DNA from: Mustelus asterias
Lineage: Eukaryota
DNA: 64,000 bases
Assembly: GCF_964213995.1 (NCBI RefSeq)
Contig: NC_135808.1
Location: forward strand, 34,658,001 to 34,722,000
Direction: 5' to 3'
A program made the position numbers and the translations under genes. Of the stretch, positions 50,001 to 60,690 are shown one piece after another; the stretch's first letter is position 1; each line of letters opens with the position of its first letter. The notes beneath the pieces are model-generated. The model had not been told where the DNA came from, did not search any database, and was given only the letters and a program-made list of their open reading frames with translations.

Positions 50001-53000
50001 TCAGGAACCCAATGAGTTAACAGACAATCATACCTGTCAAATACTTAATTTGCAAGAAGTTAATTTTAAAAAGCTGTGGAGATTTTTCTAAATCCAGTCA
50101 ACTGAGGCTTCCTTTCCACAGAACCTAAAGAGCTGGTGCTAAACCTTGGAGTTGCATATTTGCATAGTCCTATGTAACTTGCACCATATTTAACTCCACC
50201 TTCTTAAATATTATGCTGTTCTTTCCAATTCTAATTTCTACATTTTTTCCCCAGGCAATTAAACAAACTTATTAGCATTAAAGAAAACTAATTTTACTAT
50301 GACAACAATCGCATTCGAACACTAATGAACAGATAAAAGCACAATGCTACAAATGCTGAATCAGACTAAAACAATGCTGGAAAATCTCAGCAGGTCTCGC
50401 AGCATCTGCGGAGAGAGAATAGAGTCAACGTTTTGAATCTGGATGACTCTTCATCAGAGCTGAAGACAAGGAAAAATCAGACGAGATTAATACTATAGGA
50501 GATGAGAACATAAGAAATAGAATCAGGAGCAGGCCATCTAGCCCCTCGAGCCTGCCCTGCCATTCACTAAGATCATGGCTGATCTGAAGTGAATCAGTTC
50601 CACTTGCCTGCCTGCTCCTTATAACCCCTAATTCCCTTACCGATCAGGAAACCATCTATCTGTGACTTAAACATATTCAACAAGGTAGCCTCATCCACTT
50701 CAGTGGGCAGAGAATTCCAGAGATTCACCAACCTCAGAAGTTCCTCCTCAACTGTCCTAAACTGACCCCACTTTATTTTGAGACTGTGCCCTCTAGTTCT
50801 GGTTTCCTTTCTAAGTGGAAAGAATCTCTCCACCTCTACCCTATCCAGCCCCTTCATTATCTTGTATGCCTCTGAGATCACCCCTCAGCCTTCTAAACTC
50901 CAATGAGTACAAACCTAATCTGCTCAATCTCCCCTCATCTCCGGTATCAACCTGGTGAACCTTCTCTGCACTCCCTCCAAGGCCAATATATCCTTTCGCA
51001 AGTAAGGGGACCAAAACTGCACACAGTATTCCAGCTGCGGCCTCACCAATGCCTTATACAGATGCAGCAAGACTTCTCTGCTTTTATATTCTATCCCCCT
51101 CGTGATAAATGCCAACATCCTATTTGCCTTCTTGATCACCTGTTGTACTTGCAGACTGAGTTTTTGCGACACATGAACAAGGGCCCCCAGGTCCCTTTGC
51201 ACAGTAGCATGTTGTAATTTTTTTCCATTTAAATAATCCAATTTGCTATTTCTTCCAAAGTGAATAACCTTGCATTTGCCAATGTTATATTCTATCTACC
51301 AGATCCTTGCCCACTCAACCTATTCAAATCTCTCTGCAGACCACCTGCTTCCTCCACGCAATTCACTTTCCTACTTATCTTCGTGTTGTCAGCAAACTTT
51401 GTTACCCTAGACTCAGTCCCCTCCTCCAGATCATCTATGTAAATAGTAAACCGTTGAGGCCCCAGTACCGATCCCTGCGGCACGCCACTAGTCACCATCT
51501 GCCAACCAGAAAAGCACCCATTTATTCCAACTCTCTGCTTCCTGTTGGATAGCCAATCCCCAATCCATGCTAACACCCTACCCCCAACTCTGTGCCCCAC
51601 TCTTCTGCAGCAACCTTTTGAGGCACCTTATCTAATGCCTTCTGGAAATCCAAAAACACCGCATCCACCGGTTCCCCTCTGTGGAATTGGATTATTTAAA
51701 TGGAAAAAAATTACAACATGCTACTGTGCAAAGGGACCTGGGGGTCCTTGTTCATGTGTCGCAAAAACTCAGTCTGCAAGTACAACAGGTGATCAAGAAG
51801 GCAAATAGGATGTTGGCATTTATCACGAGGGGGATAGAATATAAAAGCACTAGTCACATCTTCATAAAAATCCAGTAAGTTCGTCAAACACTACTTTCCT
51901 CTCATGAATCCATGCTGCGTCTGCTTGATTGAACCATTCTTATCCAGATGGCCTGCTATTTCTTCTTTAATGATGGATTCCAGCATTTTCCCAACTACAG
52001 ACATTAAGCTAACCGGCCTGTAGTTACCTGCCTTTTGTCTACTTTTTTTAAACAGTGGCGTAACAGTAGCTGTTTTCCAATCAGCTGGCACTACCCCAGA
52101 GTCCAGTGAATTTTGATAAATAACCACTGACGCATCTGCTATTACCTGACATTTCTTTCAGTACCCTGGGATGCATTCCATCCGGGCCCGGGGACTTGTC
52201 CACCTTCAGTCCCGTTAGTCTACCAAGCACTGCCTCCCTGGTAACATTAATTGTATTGAGTACCTCTCCTCCTACCAACCCTCTATCGTTAATATTCAGT
52301 AAACTATTTGTCTTCCACCGTGAAGACCGACACACAAAACCTATTTAAAGTCTCAGCCATTTCCTTGTTTTCCACTATTAAATCCCCCTCTCGTCCTCCA
52401 AGGGTCCAACATTCACTCTAGCCACTCTATTCCTTTTTATATATTTGTAAAAACTTTCACAAGATGTGACGTAACATAGAAATGGCATAGGCAAGGGAAT
52501 GTAAGTGGTGATAAAGGCAAAGAATAGTGCTGAAGAGATCAGTGTGTAAATGGCAGAACAAAGGTGTACTGTAGGAATGTCGCAGTTGACCCCAGTGGGG
52601 TGGGGGCAGGGGGTTGGAAAACAATGGCAAGTGAGACTTTAGAAGTGGAAAAATAAAGTAATAAGATGGATGAAAAGACATGAAATGAAGGTGGAAGAAA
52701 GAATTCATGCTCAAGTTGTTGAACTCAATGAATGTTCAGTCTGGAAGGCTGTAAAGTGCCCAATCGGAAGATGAGGTGCTGTTTCTCAAGTTTTCATTGG
52801 GCTTCACTTGAACATTGCAAAGTCTCAGCCTCTCCTTATAACTTGGTGTTGAAATGGCAAGTGACAGGAAGGTCTGGATCTTGCTTGTGGACAGACCAGA
52901 GGTGTTCAGCAAAGCAGTCACCCAGTCTGCCTTTGGTCTCTGGTGTAGAGTAAACCACATTGGGAGCAGTGAATGCAATAGACCAGATTAGCAGAGGTGC

Positions 53001-55808
53001 CTTTTGGGCCCTGGAATGGTGAGCAGGTGTTGCACTTTCTATGATTGCATGGGAAGGTGCTGTGGGCAGGGGGTGAGGTGTTGGGTGTGAAGAAGTGGAT
53101 CAGGGTATCCCAAGAGAACAGTCCCTGCAGAATGCTGATGGGGGTGGTAGTGAGGGAAGATGTGTTGAATGATAGTATCATGCTGGAGTTGATGGAAATG
53201 GTGGAGGATGAGCCTTTGAAAGTGGAGACTGGTGGGATGAAAAACAAGGACAAGGCTGTCCTGGTTTTGGAGGGAGGGTGAGCAATGCCCCTGTGGGTCA
53301 ACACGGTTGAGAGCCCTGCCCTCCACAGTGGGAGGAAACTCCGATTTAAAGCTCCTTGAAAGTGGAGTCACAGGTGGACAGTCGTGAAGTCATTCAGCAT
53401 GCTTGGTTTCATTGGTCAGAACATTGAATACAGGAGTTGGGACGTCTTGTTGAAGTTATACAAGACATTGGTAAGGCCACACTTGGAATACTGTGTGCAA
53501 TTCTGGTCACCCTATTATAGAAAGGATATTATTAAACGAGTGCAGAAAAGATTTACTAGGATGCTACTGGGACTTGATCGATGGAGTTATAAGGAGAAGC
53601 TGAATAGACTGGGACTTTTCTCTCTGGAGTGTAGGAGGCTGAGGGGTGATCTTGTAGAGGTCTATAAAATAATGAGGGGCACAGATTAGCTAGATAGTCA
53701 ATATCTTTTCCCAAAGGTAGGGGAGTCTAAAACTCAAGGGCATAGGTTTAAGGTGAGAGATACAAAAGTGTCCAGAGGGGCAATTTTTTTCAGAGGGTGA
53801 GCGTCTGGAACCAGCTGCCAGAGATAGTAGTAGAGGCAGGTCTAATTTTGTTAAGCATTTAGATAGTTACATGGGTACAATGGGTATAGAGGGATATGGG
53901 CCAAATGCAGGCAATTGGAATTAGCTTGGGGGTTTTTTAAAAAAAAAGGTGGCATGGACAAGTTGGGCCGAAGGGCCTGTTTCTATGCTGTAAACCTCTG
54001 ACTCTATAAAGAAGGAAGTCTTATCAGCAGTGCCATTTTGGAAAGTGGCATCAGCAGAGGCAAAAGAACTGAAAATAGGATGGAGTCCTTGCAGGATGTG
54101 GGGTGTGAAGAGTTGGTGGGCTTGTAATGGATACTGGTTGACAGTTTGTTTCCATTTCTGGTGATAGAGGTCAAGGAAGGGAAAGTGACAGGTGGACCAT
54201 GTGATGTTGGTGGAGGGGTGGAAAGTGAAAGCAAAATTGATAAATTTTTCCAGGTCCAGACGAGAGCATGAAGCAGCACTGAAATAGTATTGATGTATTG
54301 ATAAAGGAGTTGTGGAAGGGGGCCAGAATGGAGAATGCTCCATATAACCCATAGAGACGGGCATAACTGGGACCCATGTTGGTGCCCATAGCCACACCTT
54401 TTATTTGGAGGAAGTGAGGAGAACCAGTTCCACCAGTGGTGGTGGATGGGAATTATTCAGAGGAAGAAACAGAGCTCCTGTCTTCATCCAGAACTGGATT
54501 CTGTTTCTGGTTTTGGGGACACTGACAATAGTTTCTTGCTTTCTAACTGTACTTTTCCTTAACTCATCAAATTCTGGATCATCTTGATTCAAGTCTGCAA
54601 AATGCCTTTTCACAGAATAAATCCTATTTCTCCCTAAATCTATTCCTCCTGCCTCCCTTATTAAAAGGAGTGAAGGATGGGGATCTGACACATTTCCGAG
54701 AAGCTGCCTTATTCAATCACAGCTAATCTGTCTGAAATGATACTGATGAGAATAGTCCATCTCTGCTCTTCCATCAAACACTTCCTAAAATCTGAATGAT
54801 GCATTTCCAGTTCAAGACAATCTCTTCCTCAGCTTGTGAAAGTCTCTACTTTGAATAACATTAACCACTTCCTTAAATTGGACATTGCCAGTTTTAAATA
54901 AGCATTCAGAGCATAACTCAAACTTTCCCAGATCAATGGTCTAGATTCACTTGGTACTAAGACAAAATAGAACAGTTGTGCTTGCTTCATTTTAAAGTCT
55001 GTTATTGTCAGTTAGCTGTTTCCAAACTTGCAGCATTAGCTGTTATCACTAAAGTGCTCAATCTTAGTCACATCTCTGCTGCTTGGTTACCATTATTTTA
55101 TTTACCTGAACTAAGATTTATGGAGTTCACTTTGCAATAACCTCAATTGTAAATCACGCCAGGTTTTGGAGACTTGATTGTAATGGCAAGAAAACACTTT
55201 TTAAATGATTTCAGTTTATTAACCATTAAGGTAACAAGTCAAAGATAAAAAGTAAAATGTCACTGAACAGTAAGAGAAGAAAGTAACTTTAACAATTGAA
55301 CAGACTTCTCACGCCCTCAAGTGACAACTACTAAGAACGTTGAAAACAACTCTCAGCACCTCTCCATGAACAGTACTCTCTTCCCACCTCCCTCCTCTTT
55401 TACCCACCCCCCCCCCCCCATCCATATCTTTCTCTGCCTCTGCTTGTCCGAACCCAAAATGTCTAAAGGGTGTAGCCAATGTATAACCCTATTTCTACCA
55501 GTCTCTGGGGAAAAAAAAAGTACAAATAAGGCAGGTTACTTGGCGATGATGGGAACTATGGTAGTTTTGCAAGGCAGGACTCCATGTCGACAGTCTTGAT
55601 CATTTCTGAGTTGTACAATACAATTCCAAAGAAGCTTCCAATCTTGTATATATTGTTGAGCTATACTGTCTCAGTCTGTCAAACAAGTGCCCATTGAAGC
55701 TAACTGCAGGCTGACCATGTACAGTTTGGAGCTCTATACCAAAATGGACCCTGTACTTTCTAACCCTGAATCTTTGTTTCAGGTCTGATGGGTCCAGCTG
55801 TCAGTTAA
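16973..55808 (+). CDS. mhc2b: MHC class II beta chain gene, 6 coding exons joined (16973-17075, 22697-22957, 36316-36597, 37945-38061, 44128-44157, 55783-55808), 272 aa
   Basis: Manual splicing gives an uninterrupted 819-nt ORF: leader, beta1, beta2 Ig-C1, connecting peptide/TM, two cytoplasmic exons. All five introns are GT..AG and phase 1, the standard class II beta layout. Lineage name not assigned. Confidence 0.95.
17069..17412 (+). repeat. 44-bp minisatellite, about 7.8 copies, overlapping the exon 1/intron 1 junction
   Basis: Unit GGAGCCGGTAAG(G/A)ACCCAGTTAGAGAGCGGGG(A/C)GGAGGGGGTCC; GTAAG at 17076, 17120, 17164, 17208, 17252, 17296, 17340 and 17384. Confidence 0.97.
17725..18030 (+). 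mobile_element. HE1-like V-SINE
   Basis: Similarity to the other copies. Confidence 0.75.
18650..18958 (+). mobile_element. HE1-like V-SINE
   Basis: Similarity to the other copies; TTTCTATGA tail. Confidence 0.8.
19570..20740 (+). mobile_element. Degenerate Rex1/Babar-like LINE 3' fragment
   Basis: [52 protein letters not shown] and RRLRKFGMS; ends ACAATAAATC. Confidence 0.75.
21069..21279. mobile_element. Head-to-head pair of Penelope terminal repeats, each with a hammerhead-like motif
   Basis: 21069-21132 is the imperfect reverse complement of 21150-21213. Confidence 0.75.
21099..21135 (-). ncRNA. Minimal type I hammerhead-ribozyme motif (Penelope-associated)
   Basis: Minus strand reads CAC CUGAUGA A GGGACAG C CUGUUCC GAAA GCUA GUG: intact core, helix II, helix I CAC/GUG and palindromic AGCU in place of helix III. 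Activity untested. Confidence 0.6.
21880..22340 (+). mobile_element. Highly degraded L2-like LINE fragment
   Basis: LLDLSAAFD-like segment near 22200-22235 (CTACTGACCTGTCGGCAGCTTTTGAC). Confidence 0.45.
22697..22957 (+). CDS. mhc2b: MHC class II beta exon 2 (beta1 peptide-binding domain)
   Basis: Pyrimidine tract plus CAG acceptor; 261 nt; [87 protein letters not shown] with Cys pair, N-glycosylation site NDT, WN and CxxN; donor G|GTGAG. Confidence 0.95.
23346..24522. mobile_element. 5'-inverted Penelope fragment (minus 23346-~23915, plus ~23916-24522) with a partial SINE at ~23478-23655
   Basis: Both halves match the 3' part of the upstream Penelope; TATTCTAG duplicated at 23338-23345 and 24523-24530. 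Confidence 0.8.
24740..28947 (+). mobile_element. Degenerate near-full-length CR1, subfamily B, in intron 2
   Basis: Fragmented ORF1 ([13 protein letters not shown]) and ORF2 pieces collinear with the 9472-12138 protein. Confidence 0.88.
26122..26461 (-). mobile_element. HE1-like V-SINE inserted in CR1 ORF2
   Basis: Interrupts YRPPN|NRDVEQEI. Confidence 0.85.
28951..29274 (+). mobile_element. Second CR1 subfamily B 3' end, in tandem
   Basis: Repeats 28633-28947 with a variant 3' UTR and its own TTCTATG tail. Confidence 0.8.
30585..33450. mobile_element. Degenerate autonomous-type PIF/Harbinger element: transposase C-terminus (+, ~30590-30860) and convergent Myb/SANT-like gene remnant (-, up to ~33110)
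   Basis: Plus strand [22 protein letters not shown]; minus strand [25 protein letters not shown]. Boundaries approximate. Confidence 0.65.
33905..33995 (+). mobile_element. Penelope terminal-repeat fragment with a mutated hammerhead core
   Basis: CAC CTGATGA..GCTCC AAAA GCTC..AATAAACCTGTTGGAC. Confidence 0.65.
34895..35460 (-). mobile_element. Degraded Penelope-like fragment (second family)
   Basis: [18 protein letters not shown]-like remnant; similar to 52700-53350. Confidence 0.55.
36316..36597 (+). CDS. mhc2b: MHC class II beta exon 3 (beta2 Ig C1-set domain)
   Basis: 282 nt; [28 protein letters not shown] and [10 protein letters not shown] motifs; TCCAG acceptor and G|GTAAG donor. Confidence 0.97.
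37945..38061 (+). CDS. mhc2b: MHC class II beta exon 4 (connecting peptide and transmembrane)
   Basis: [39 protein letters not shown] with the class II beta TM glycine pattern; ACAG acceptor and G|GTAAG donor. Confidence 0.95.
40292..43949 (-). mobile_element. Degenerate CR1 LINE (third subfamily) in intron 4
   Basis: Fragmented ORF2 and ORF1 ([24 protein letters not shown]); GGCAATG at both flanks (40285-40291, 43950-43956). Confidence 0.88.
44128..44157 (+). CDS. mhc2b: MHC class II beta exon 5 (cytoplasmic, [10 protein letters not shown])
   Basis: Strong acceptor (CTAAC branch site, TTTTCTTTCAG); 30 nt, phase 1/1; consensus GTAAGT donor. Confidence 0.85.
44640..45085. mobile_element. Two diverged V-SINE copies, head to head (- ~44640-44755; + ~44830-45085)
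   Basis: Similarity to the HE1-like SINEs. Confidence 0.6.
46525..46647 (+). pseudogene. U2 snRNA 5'-derived fragments
   Basis: 46525-46542 equals U2 nt 23-40 exactly (AAGATCAAGTGTAGTATC); 46608-46631 matches U2 nt 4-27 at 21/24. Confidence 0.6.
46845..49200 (-). mobile_element. Rex1/Babar-like LINE fragment, split by a 1.3-kb insertion
   Basis: [17 protein letters not shown] and [18 protein letters not shown]; same family as 19570-20740. Confidence 0.75.
47661..48974. mobile_element. Non-coding insertion of about 1.3 kb, solo-LTR-like
   Basis: GGTGTA duplicated at 47655-47660 and 48975-48980; starts TGTAGC; no canonical CA end. Confidence 0.55.
50505..52456 (-). mobile_element. 5'-truncated degenerate CR1
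   Basis: [23 protein letters not shown] and FAD fragments. Confidence 0.88.
53351..54005 (+). mobile_element. CR1 3' fragment
   Basis: [19 protein letters not shown] and 3' UTR. Confidence 0.85.
55783..55808 (+). CDS. mhc2b: MHC class II beta exon 6, coding part (RLMGPAVS-stop)
   Basis: CTAAC branch site and TTTGTTTCAG acceptor; in frame with exon 5; TAA at 55806-55808; resembles the shark class II beta tail as I recall it. Confidence 0.8.
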
Positions 55809-56001
55809 CTGACCCACTCATGGATGTGATTGGAGATTTTGGAACGACAGACGGGATGAAGCAGCTTTAAATGCACCTTTTTAACTCTTCCTGACTCTGA
55901 ATCCAGTGTGATTACAGCTCATGCTGCTTGACCTTGGCTTTTGATTACTTGCAAATAACATTTTGCTGTTATGGGATATTTTTACACTGCAGCTTGTTTA
56001 T

Positions 56002-56007
56002 AATAAA
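56002..56007 (+). terminator. Candidate polyadenylation signal AATAAA of the class II beta gene
   Basis: First AATAAA, about 195 nt after the stop codon; use not demonstrated. Confidence 0.5.
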
Positions 56008-56049
56008 TACACAACTAAACTGGAATATAATCAATGTACAGCTTACGTC

Positions 56050-56372
56050 ATAGAAATAGAATCCCTACAGTACAGAAAGAGGCCCATCGAGTCTGCACTG
56101 ACCACAATCCCACCCAGGCCTTACCCCTATATCCCTACATATTTTACCCGCTAATCCCTCTATAACATCCCAGGACACTAGGGGGCAATTTTAGCATAGC
56201 CAATCAACCTAACCTGCACATCTTTGGACTGTGGGAGGAAACCGGAGCACCTGGAGGAAACCCACACAGACATGAGGAGAATGTGCAAACTCCACACAGT
56301 GACCCAAGCCGGGAATCGAACCCAGGTCCCTGGAGCTGTGAAGCAGCAGTGCTAACCACTGCTACTGTGCCG
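56050..56372 (-). mobile_element. HE1-like V-SINE
   Basis: Near-complete copy on the reverse strand. Confidence 0.85.
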
Positions 56373-57546
56373 CTGAGTCCTGATGAGTGAGTGACACCTT
56401 CCCAACTCCCTCCCACCCAGAGATGTGATACACCCAGCACTGATCCCTGTAAGTCTGAATCTTTCCTGTTTTAGCATCTTTGCTGTTCATTCAGCCTTAA
56501 CCTTGTTGTAAATGATTAGAAATCTACATTATTTACTAGTCCAATTTAGTATCTGTACATGATTTTATGCAGATTTTGAGTTTAATCTTTGAATTTGTCT
56601 GTCATAGTGGAACCAATTTGATTAAAGATCATTTGTACTTCTGCTGTTGCTGCTTTAGTCTCTCTGCAGTAATTTAAGGGCTTTTCATTCCCCAATTAAT
56701 TACCTTGGGGACTCCACAATCAAATCACTGGAGCAGTGCAGAAATTCTCTTCCACTTTTCTGCTCTCAGTAAGGGGCTGGTGCACTTGGCTTTAGTTATA
56801 AGCCCCTCCCTGCTGTGCACATTCTAACAACCATCTCACACAGTACAGAATTAACTCAGGAAAGAGACCTGGGTATCCTGTAATATCCAAACCCCACAGT
56901 AAGACTATTGACCACACCTTGATTTATAGCCACAAGACTACATTCACCACCATTCAAAGCAGTTTACTCAATTTAGGGTCAATGCTGGATTCGATGTAAA
57001 TATAGCTGGTTACCAGAGCAACCACTGGGAGCCAGACTGGAGCAGTGCTGGTTGGAAAGGACACTGATTAGTTTTCTGTTCAGACTAGATCTGTGCCGAT
57101 TGGACTGGAAATAAATCCCAGTTGGTTTATTGTCCTCACTATTTCATTAGAGGTACCAATAGATGACTGGACAGTCAAAGAATAACTATCCATATCTAGG
57201 GAATTGGTGTTACAATAACTGGGCATTTGTATCAATGGCCCTGGGTAGTTTCTGCAAGTATTGGCTGAGTATACAAATTGACGAAGTGCCTCTTGGTTTC
57301 CAGTTGAATCTGACTAATCAAAAGGAAGAATAAACTTTTACTGGGAGAGCACTTAAAATCTGACTGAATTGCTTTACTGAGCAGGCTTGAATTGAGGTTC
57401 CTGGCTCAGTCACTGAGCTGTCTTTGATGGTATCAAGTGGTTAGAGTTGTGCTGAACTCACTTGAGGTGAATATAACTCTACCATGGATCACAAAGGATG
57501 AAGTCCCAAGCACTCAGCAAGAGAATAGCAGAATTAAACACATGTA

Positions 57547-57893
57547 GGGCGGCACGGTAGCACAGTGGTTAGCACTGCTGCTTCACAGCTCCAGGGTCCT
57601 GGGTTTGATTCCCGGCTCGGGTCACTGTCTATGTGGAGTTTGCACATTCTCCGTGTCTGCGTGGGTTTCCTCCGGGTGCTCCGGTTTCCTCCCACAGTCC
57701 AAAGATGTGCGAGTTAGGTTGATTGGCCAGGTTAAAAAAAGTGCCCCTTAGAGTCCTGGGATGTGTAGGTTAGAGGGATTAGCAGGTAAAATGTGGGGGT
57801 AGGGCCTGGATGGGATTGTGGTCGGTGCAGACTCAATGGGCTGAATGGCCTCCTTCTGCACTGTAGGGTTTCTATGATTTCTTTCTATGATTT
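57547..57893 (+). mobile_element. HE1-like V-SINE, full length
   Basis: GGGCGGCACGGTAGCACAGTGG head with A/B-box-like motifs, V core, CR1-type tail. Confidence 0.9.
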
Positions 57894-57899
57894 CTTCTA

Positions 57900-58580
57900 C
57901 CTGACTGCCATTCACGAGTTCTTTGAAGATGTAACAGGTAGATAAAAGGGAATCAGTAGATATAATATATTAGGATTTCCAGAAGTATTTGATTAACAGT
58001 TACTGCACAAGGTAAGATGGTGCTCATGATGTCAGGTAGAGGATTGGCTAATAGGATAAATGGATCATGTTCAGGTTACAAACTAATTTTGTGGAGTGCC
58101 ACAGGGATCAATGCTGGTGCTTCAACTATTTACAATCTATCAGCAAACTTAGAATAAAAGCAAATTTAGGATGATGCAAAGAACATTGATAAATTGAATG
58201 GGCAAAAAGTTGGTAGATGAATATAATGTGAAGTTGTCCATTTTGGCATGTAGAATAAAACAGAATCTAAAGAGAGACTGCTGCAATAGAGCGATCTGAG
58301 TATTCTTGCACATGAATCACAAATTTAGCAACAGGTGTGGTGAATTAGGAACACAACTGGCATTTTGGCCTCCATTGCCAAGGGGAGGGAATATAAAGGT
58401 AGAGGAGTCTTGTTTCAATTATACATAGTAAAGACTTGCCTTGGAGCAAATCCCAAAGGTTCACTAAGTTGATCCCTGAGTTGAAGGGGTCGTCTTAGAT
58501 GTTAAGCAGGTTAGGCCTATATTCATTGGGGTTTACAAGAATGAGATGATCATATTGAGACATGGAAGATTCTGAGGTGG
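57900..58580 (+). mobile_element. Highly degraded CR1 RT fragment
   Basis: GVPQGS-like and DFQK-like remnants. Confidence 0.55.
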
Positions 58581-58591
58581 AGGGGATAGTG

Positions 58592-59150
58592 AACATAGAA
58601 CATTACAGCGCAGTACAGGCCCTTCGGCACTTGATGTTGCGCCGACCAGTGAAACCAATCTAAAGCCCATCTATCCTACACTATTCCAATATCATCCATA
58701 TGTTAATCCAATAACCATTTGAATGCTCTTAATGTTGACGAGTCGTCTACTGCTGCAGGCAGGACATTCCATGCCCTTACTACTCTCTCTGAGTAAAGAA
58801 CCTACCTCTAACATCTGTCCTATATCTATCACCCCTCAATTTAAAGCTATGTCCCCTAGTGTTAGCCATCACCATCAGAGGAAAAAAGCTCTCACTATCC
58901 ACCCTATCTAATCCTCTGATCATCTTGTATGCCTCTAAGTCACCTCTTAACCTCCTTCTCTCTAACAAAAACAACCTCAAGCTCCTCAGCCTTTCCTCAT
59001 ACGATTTTCCCACCATACCAGGCAACATCCTGGTAAATCTCGTCTGCACCCTTTCCAACACTTCCACACCCACCCTATAATGTGGTGACCAGAACTGTAC
59101 GCAATACTCCAAATGCGGCCACACTAGAGTTTTGTACAGTTGCAACATGA
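58592..59150 (-). mobile_element. CR1 3' fragment
   Basis: [27 protein letters not shown]. Confidence 0.85.
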
Positions 59151-59369
59151 ACTCCTGGAATAGTCAAATCAGGCAATAACCTGCAAGGCTGTGGATCAGG
59201 TACTGGAAAATGGGGTTGAAATGAACAGCTAGTTTATTTATTGGTCAGTTTATTTTGGCCAGCACAAGCGCAATGGGCTGAATGGCCTCTTTCTGTGATG
59301 TTTCTATAGGTGAGGTTTCCAGTGGTAGACGGACAATTGTTATACAGAAGGCATCCAACCAGTCTTTAT

Positions 59370-60290
59370 TAGGTGTCTCAAAGCGCTTTGCAGCCAGTGA
59401 AATACATCTTTGAAGTCACTGTTGTAAGGCAGAAACACAGCAGCCAATGTTTGGCCCCTCAAACAGCAATATGATAATGACCAGACATTCATTGCGGGAT
59501 TAATGTTGGCAGGGAAACCAGGGCACTTAACCCCTGTTAGTCTTTTAAAATATTATCATAGGATCTTTTACATCTAATTACATCACCAAATTACAGGAAG
59601 ATATTAATAAGGTTGAAAGAGTGCAGAGAAGGTTTACAAGGATGTTGCCGGGACTTGAGAAACTGAGTTACAGAGAAAGGTTGAATAGGTTAGGACTTTA
59701 TTCCCTGGAGCGTAGAAGAATGAGGGGAGATTTGATAGAGGTGTATAAAATTATGATGGGTATAGATAGAGTGAATGCAAGCAGGCTTTTCCCACTGAGG
59801 CTAGGGGAGAAAAAAGCTAGGGGAGAAAAAACTAGAGGACATGGGCTAAGGGTGAAGGGAGAAAAGTTTAAAGGGAATATTAGGGGGGGCTTCTTCACAC
59901 AGAGAGTGGTGGGAGTGTGGAATGAGCTGCCAGATGAAGTGGTGAATGTGGGCTCACTTTTAACATTCAAGAAAAACTTGAACAGGTACATGGATGAGAG
60001 GGGTGTGGAGGGATATGGTTCAGGTGCAGGTCAGTGGGACTGGGCAGAAAATGGTTCAGCACAGCCAAGAAGGGCCAAAAGGCCTGTTTCTGAGCTGTAA
60101 TGTTCTATGGTTCTATCTACCTGAGAGAACAACGCAGGCCGTGGCTAAAATAATCTGATCGAAACAACAGATCATGTGACCGTGCAGCACTCCCTTAGTG
60201 CTGCACTGGATTGTCAGCCTTAAACTTTGTGCTCAAACCCTGGAGTGGGCCTCGAGCCCACAATCTTCTTACTCGGAGGCAAAAGTGCAA
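59370..60290 (-). mobile_element. Deu-domain SINE (SacSINE/AmnSINE-like) split by a CR1 fragment
   Basis: GCAGCACTCCCTTAGTGCTGCACTGGATTGTCAGCC and GGATCTTTTACATC..CCTGAGAG motifs on either side of the CR1. Confidence 0.6.
59577..60114 (+). mobile_element. CR1 3' fragment
   Basis: [25 protein letters not shown]; ATCTA at both flanks. Confidence 0.85.
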
Positions 60291-60418
60291 CCAACGCCTG
60301 TCAAAACTCAAAAGCTCAGCTCAAGGTTCCAGGTAGTCTGGTTTAGCCCGAGGCCAGAGGCAATAAGAGGCATGGAATCAGTGACAAGTTCAGAGATTGT
60401 GCAGAGGGCCAAAGACAA

Positions 60419-60690
60419 TGCTGGAATCTTATCACCACTCACACCAGTGGGATTTTCCCATCCGGCTGCAGTGAACGGAGACTTGGCTGGACCCCAGGAG
60501 CCTGGCGTAAGCGACAGGTAAGATTGCACCCAATGGGCAGGGATTTTCCACGCACTAATGGCATGTTTTGTGGCAGGATCTTCTGGTCCCGCCATTGTCA
60601 AGGGGATTTCCCGTTGAATGTACCCCTCGCCGGATATGCCATCAGTGTGCTGGAAGATCCCACCAGCATGAACAGCCGGAATGTTCCAGC
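60419..60690. mobile_element. Small MITE-like element (related decayed copies near 6370-6510 and 49405-49575)
   Basis: Imperfect termini GCTGGAA..TTCCAGC and an internal motif shared with the other copies. Confidence 0.45.

Larger units (their letters stand above)
50366..54440 (-). mobile_element. Degenerate Penelope-like element (second family) interrupted by two CR1 fragments
   Basis: [16 protein letters not shown] motif (54395); [22 protein letters not shown]-like motif (~52950); terminal repeat with decayed hammerhead core at 50425-50460. Confidence 0.7.

Noticed and set aside
22697-55808. DM-like or W-category identity for the beta gene
   Set aside because: No YxxL endosomal tail motif, and W61, N82, the NDT glycosylation site and GDWTYQ fit an ordinary class II beta; a phylogeny would be needed to exclude it formally.
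57547-57625. tRNA gene
   Set aside because: tRNA-derived SINE head continuing into V core and CR1 tail; no full cloverleaf.
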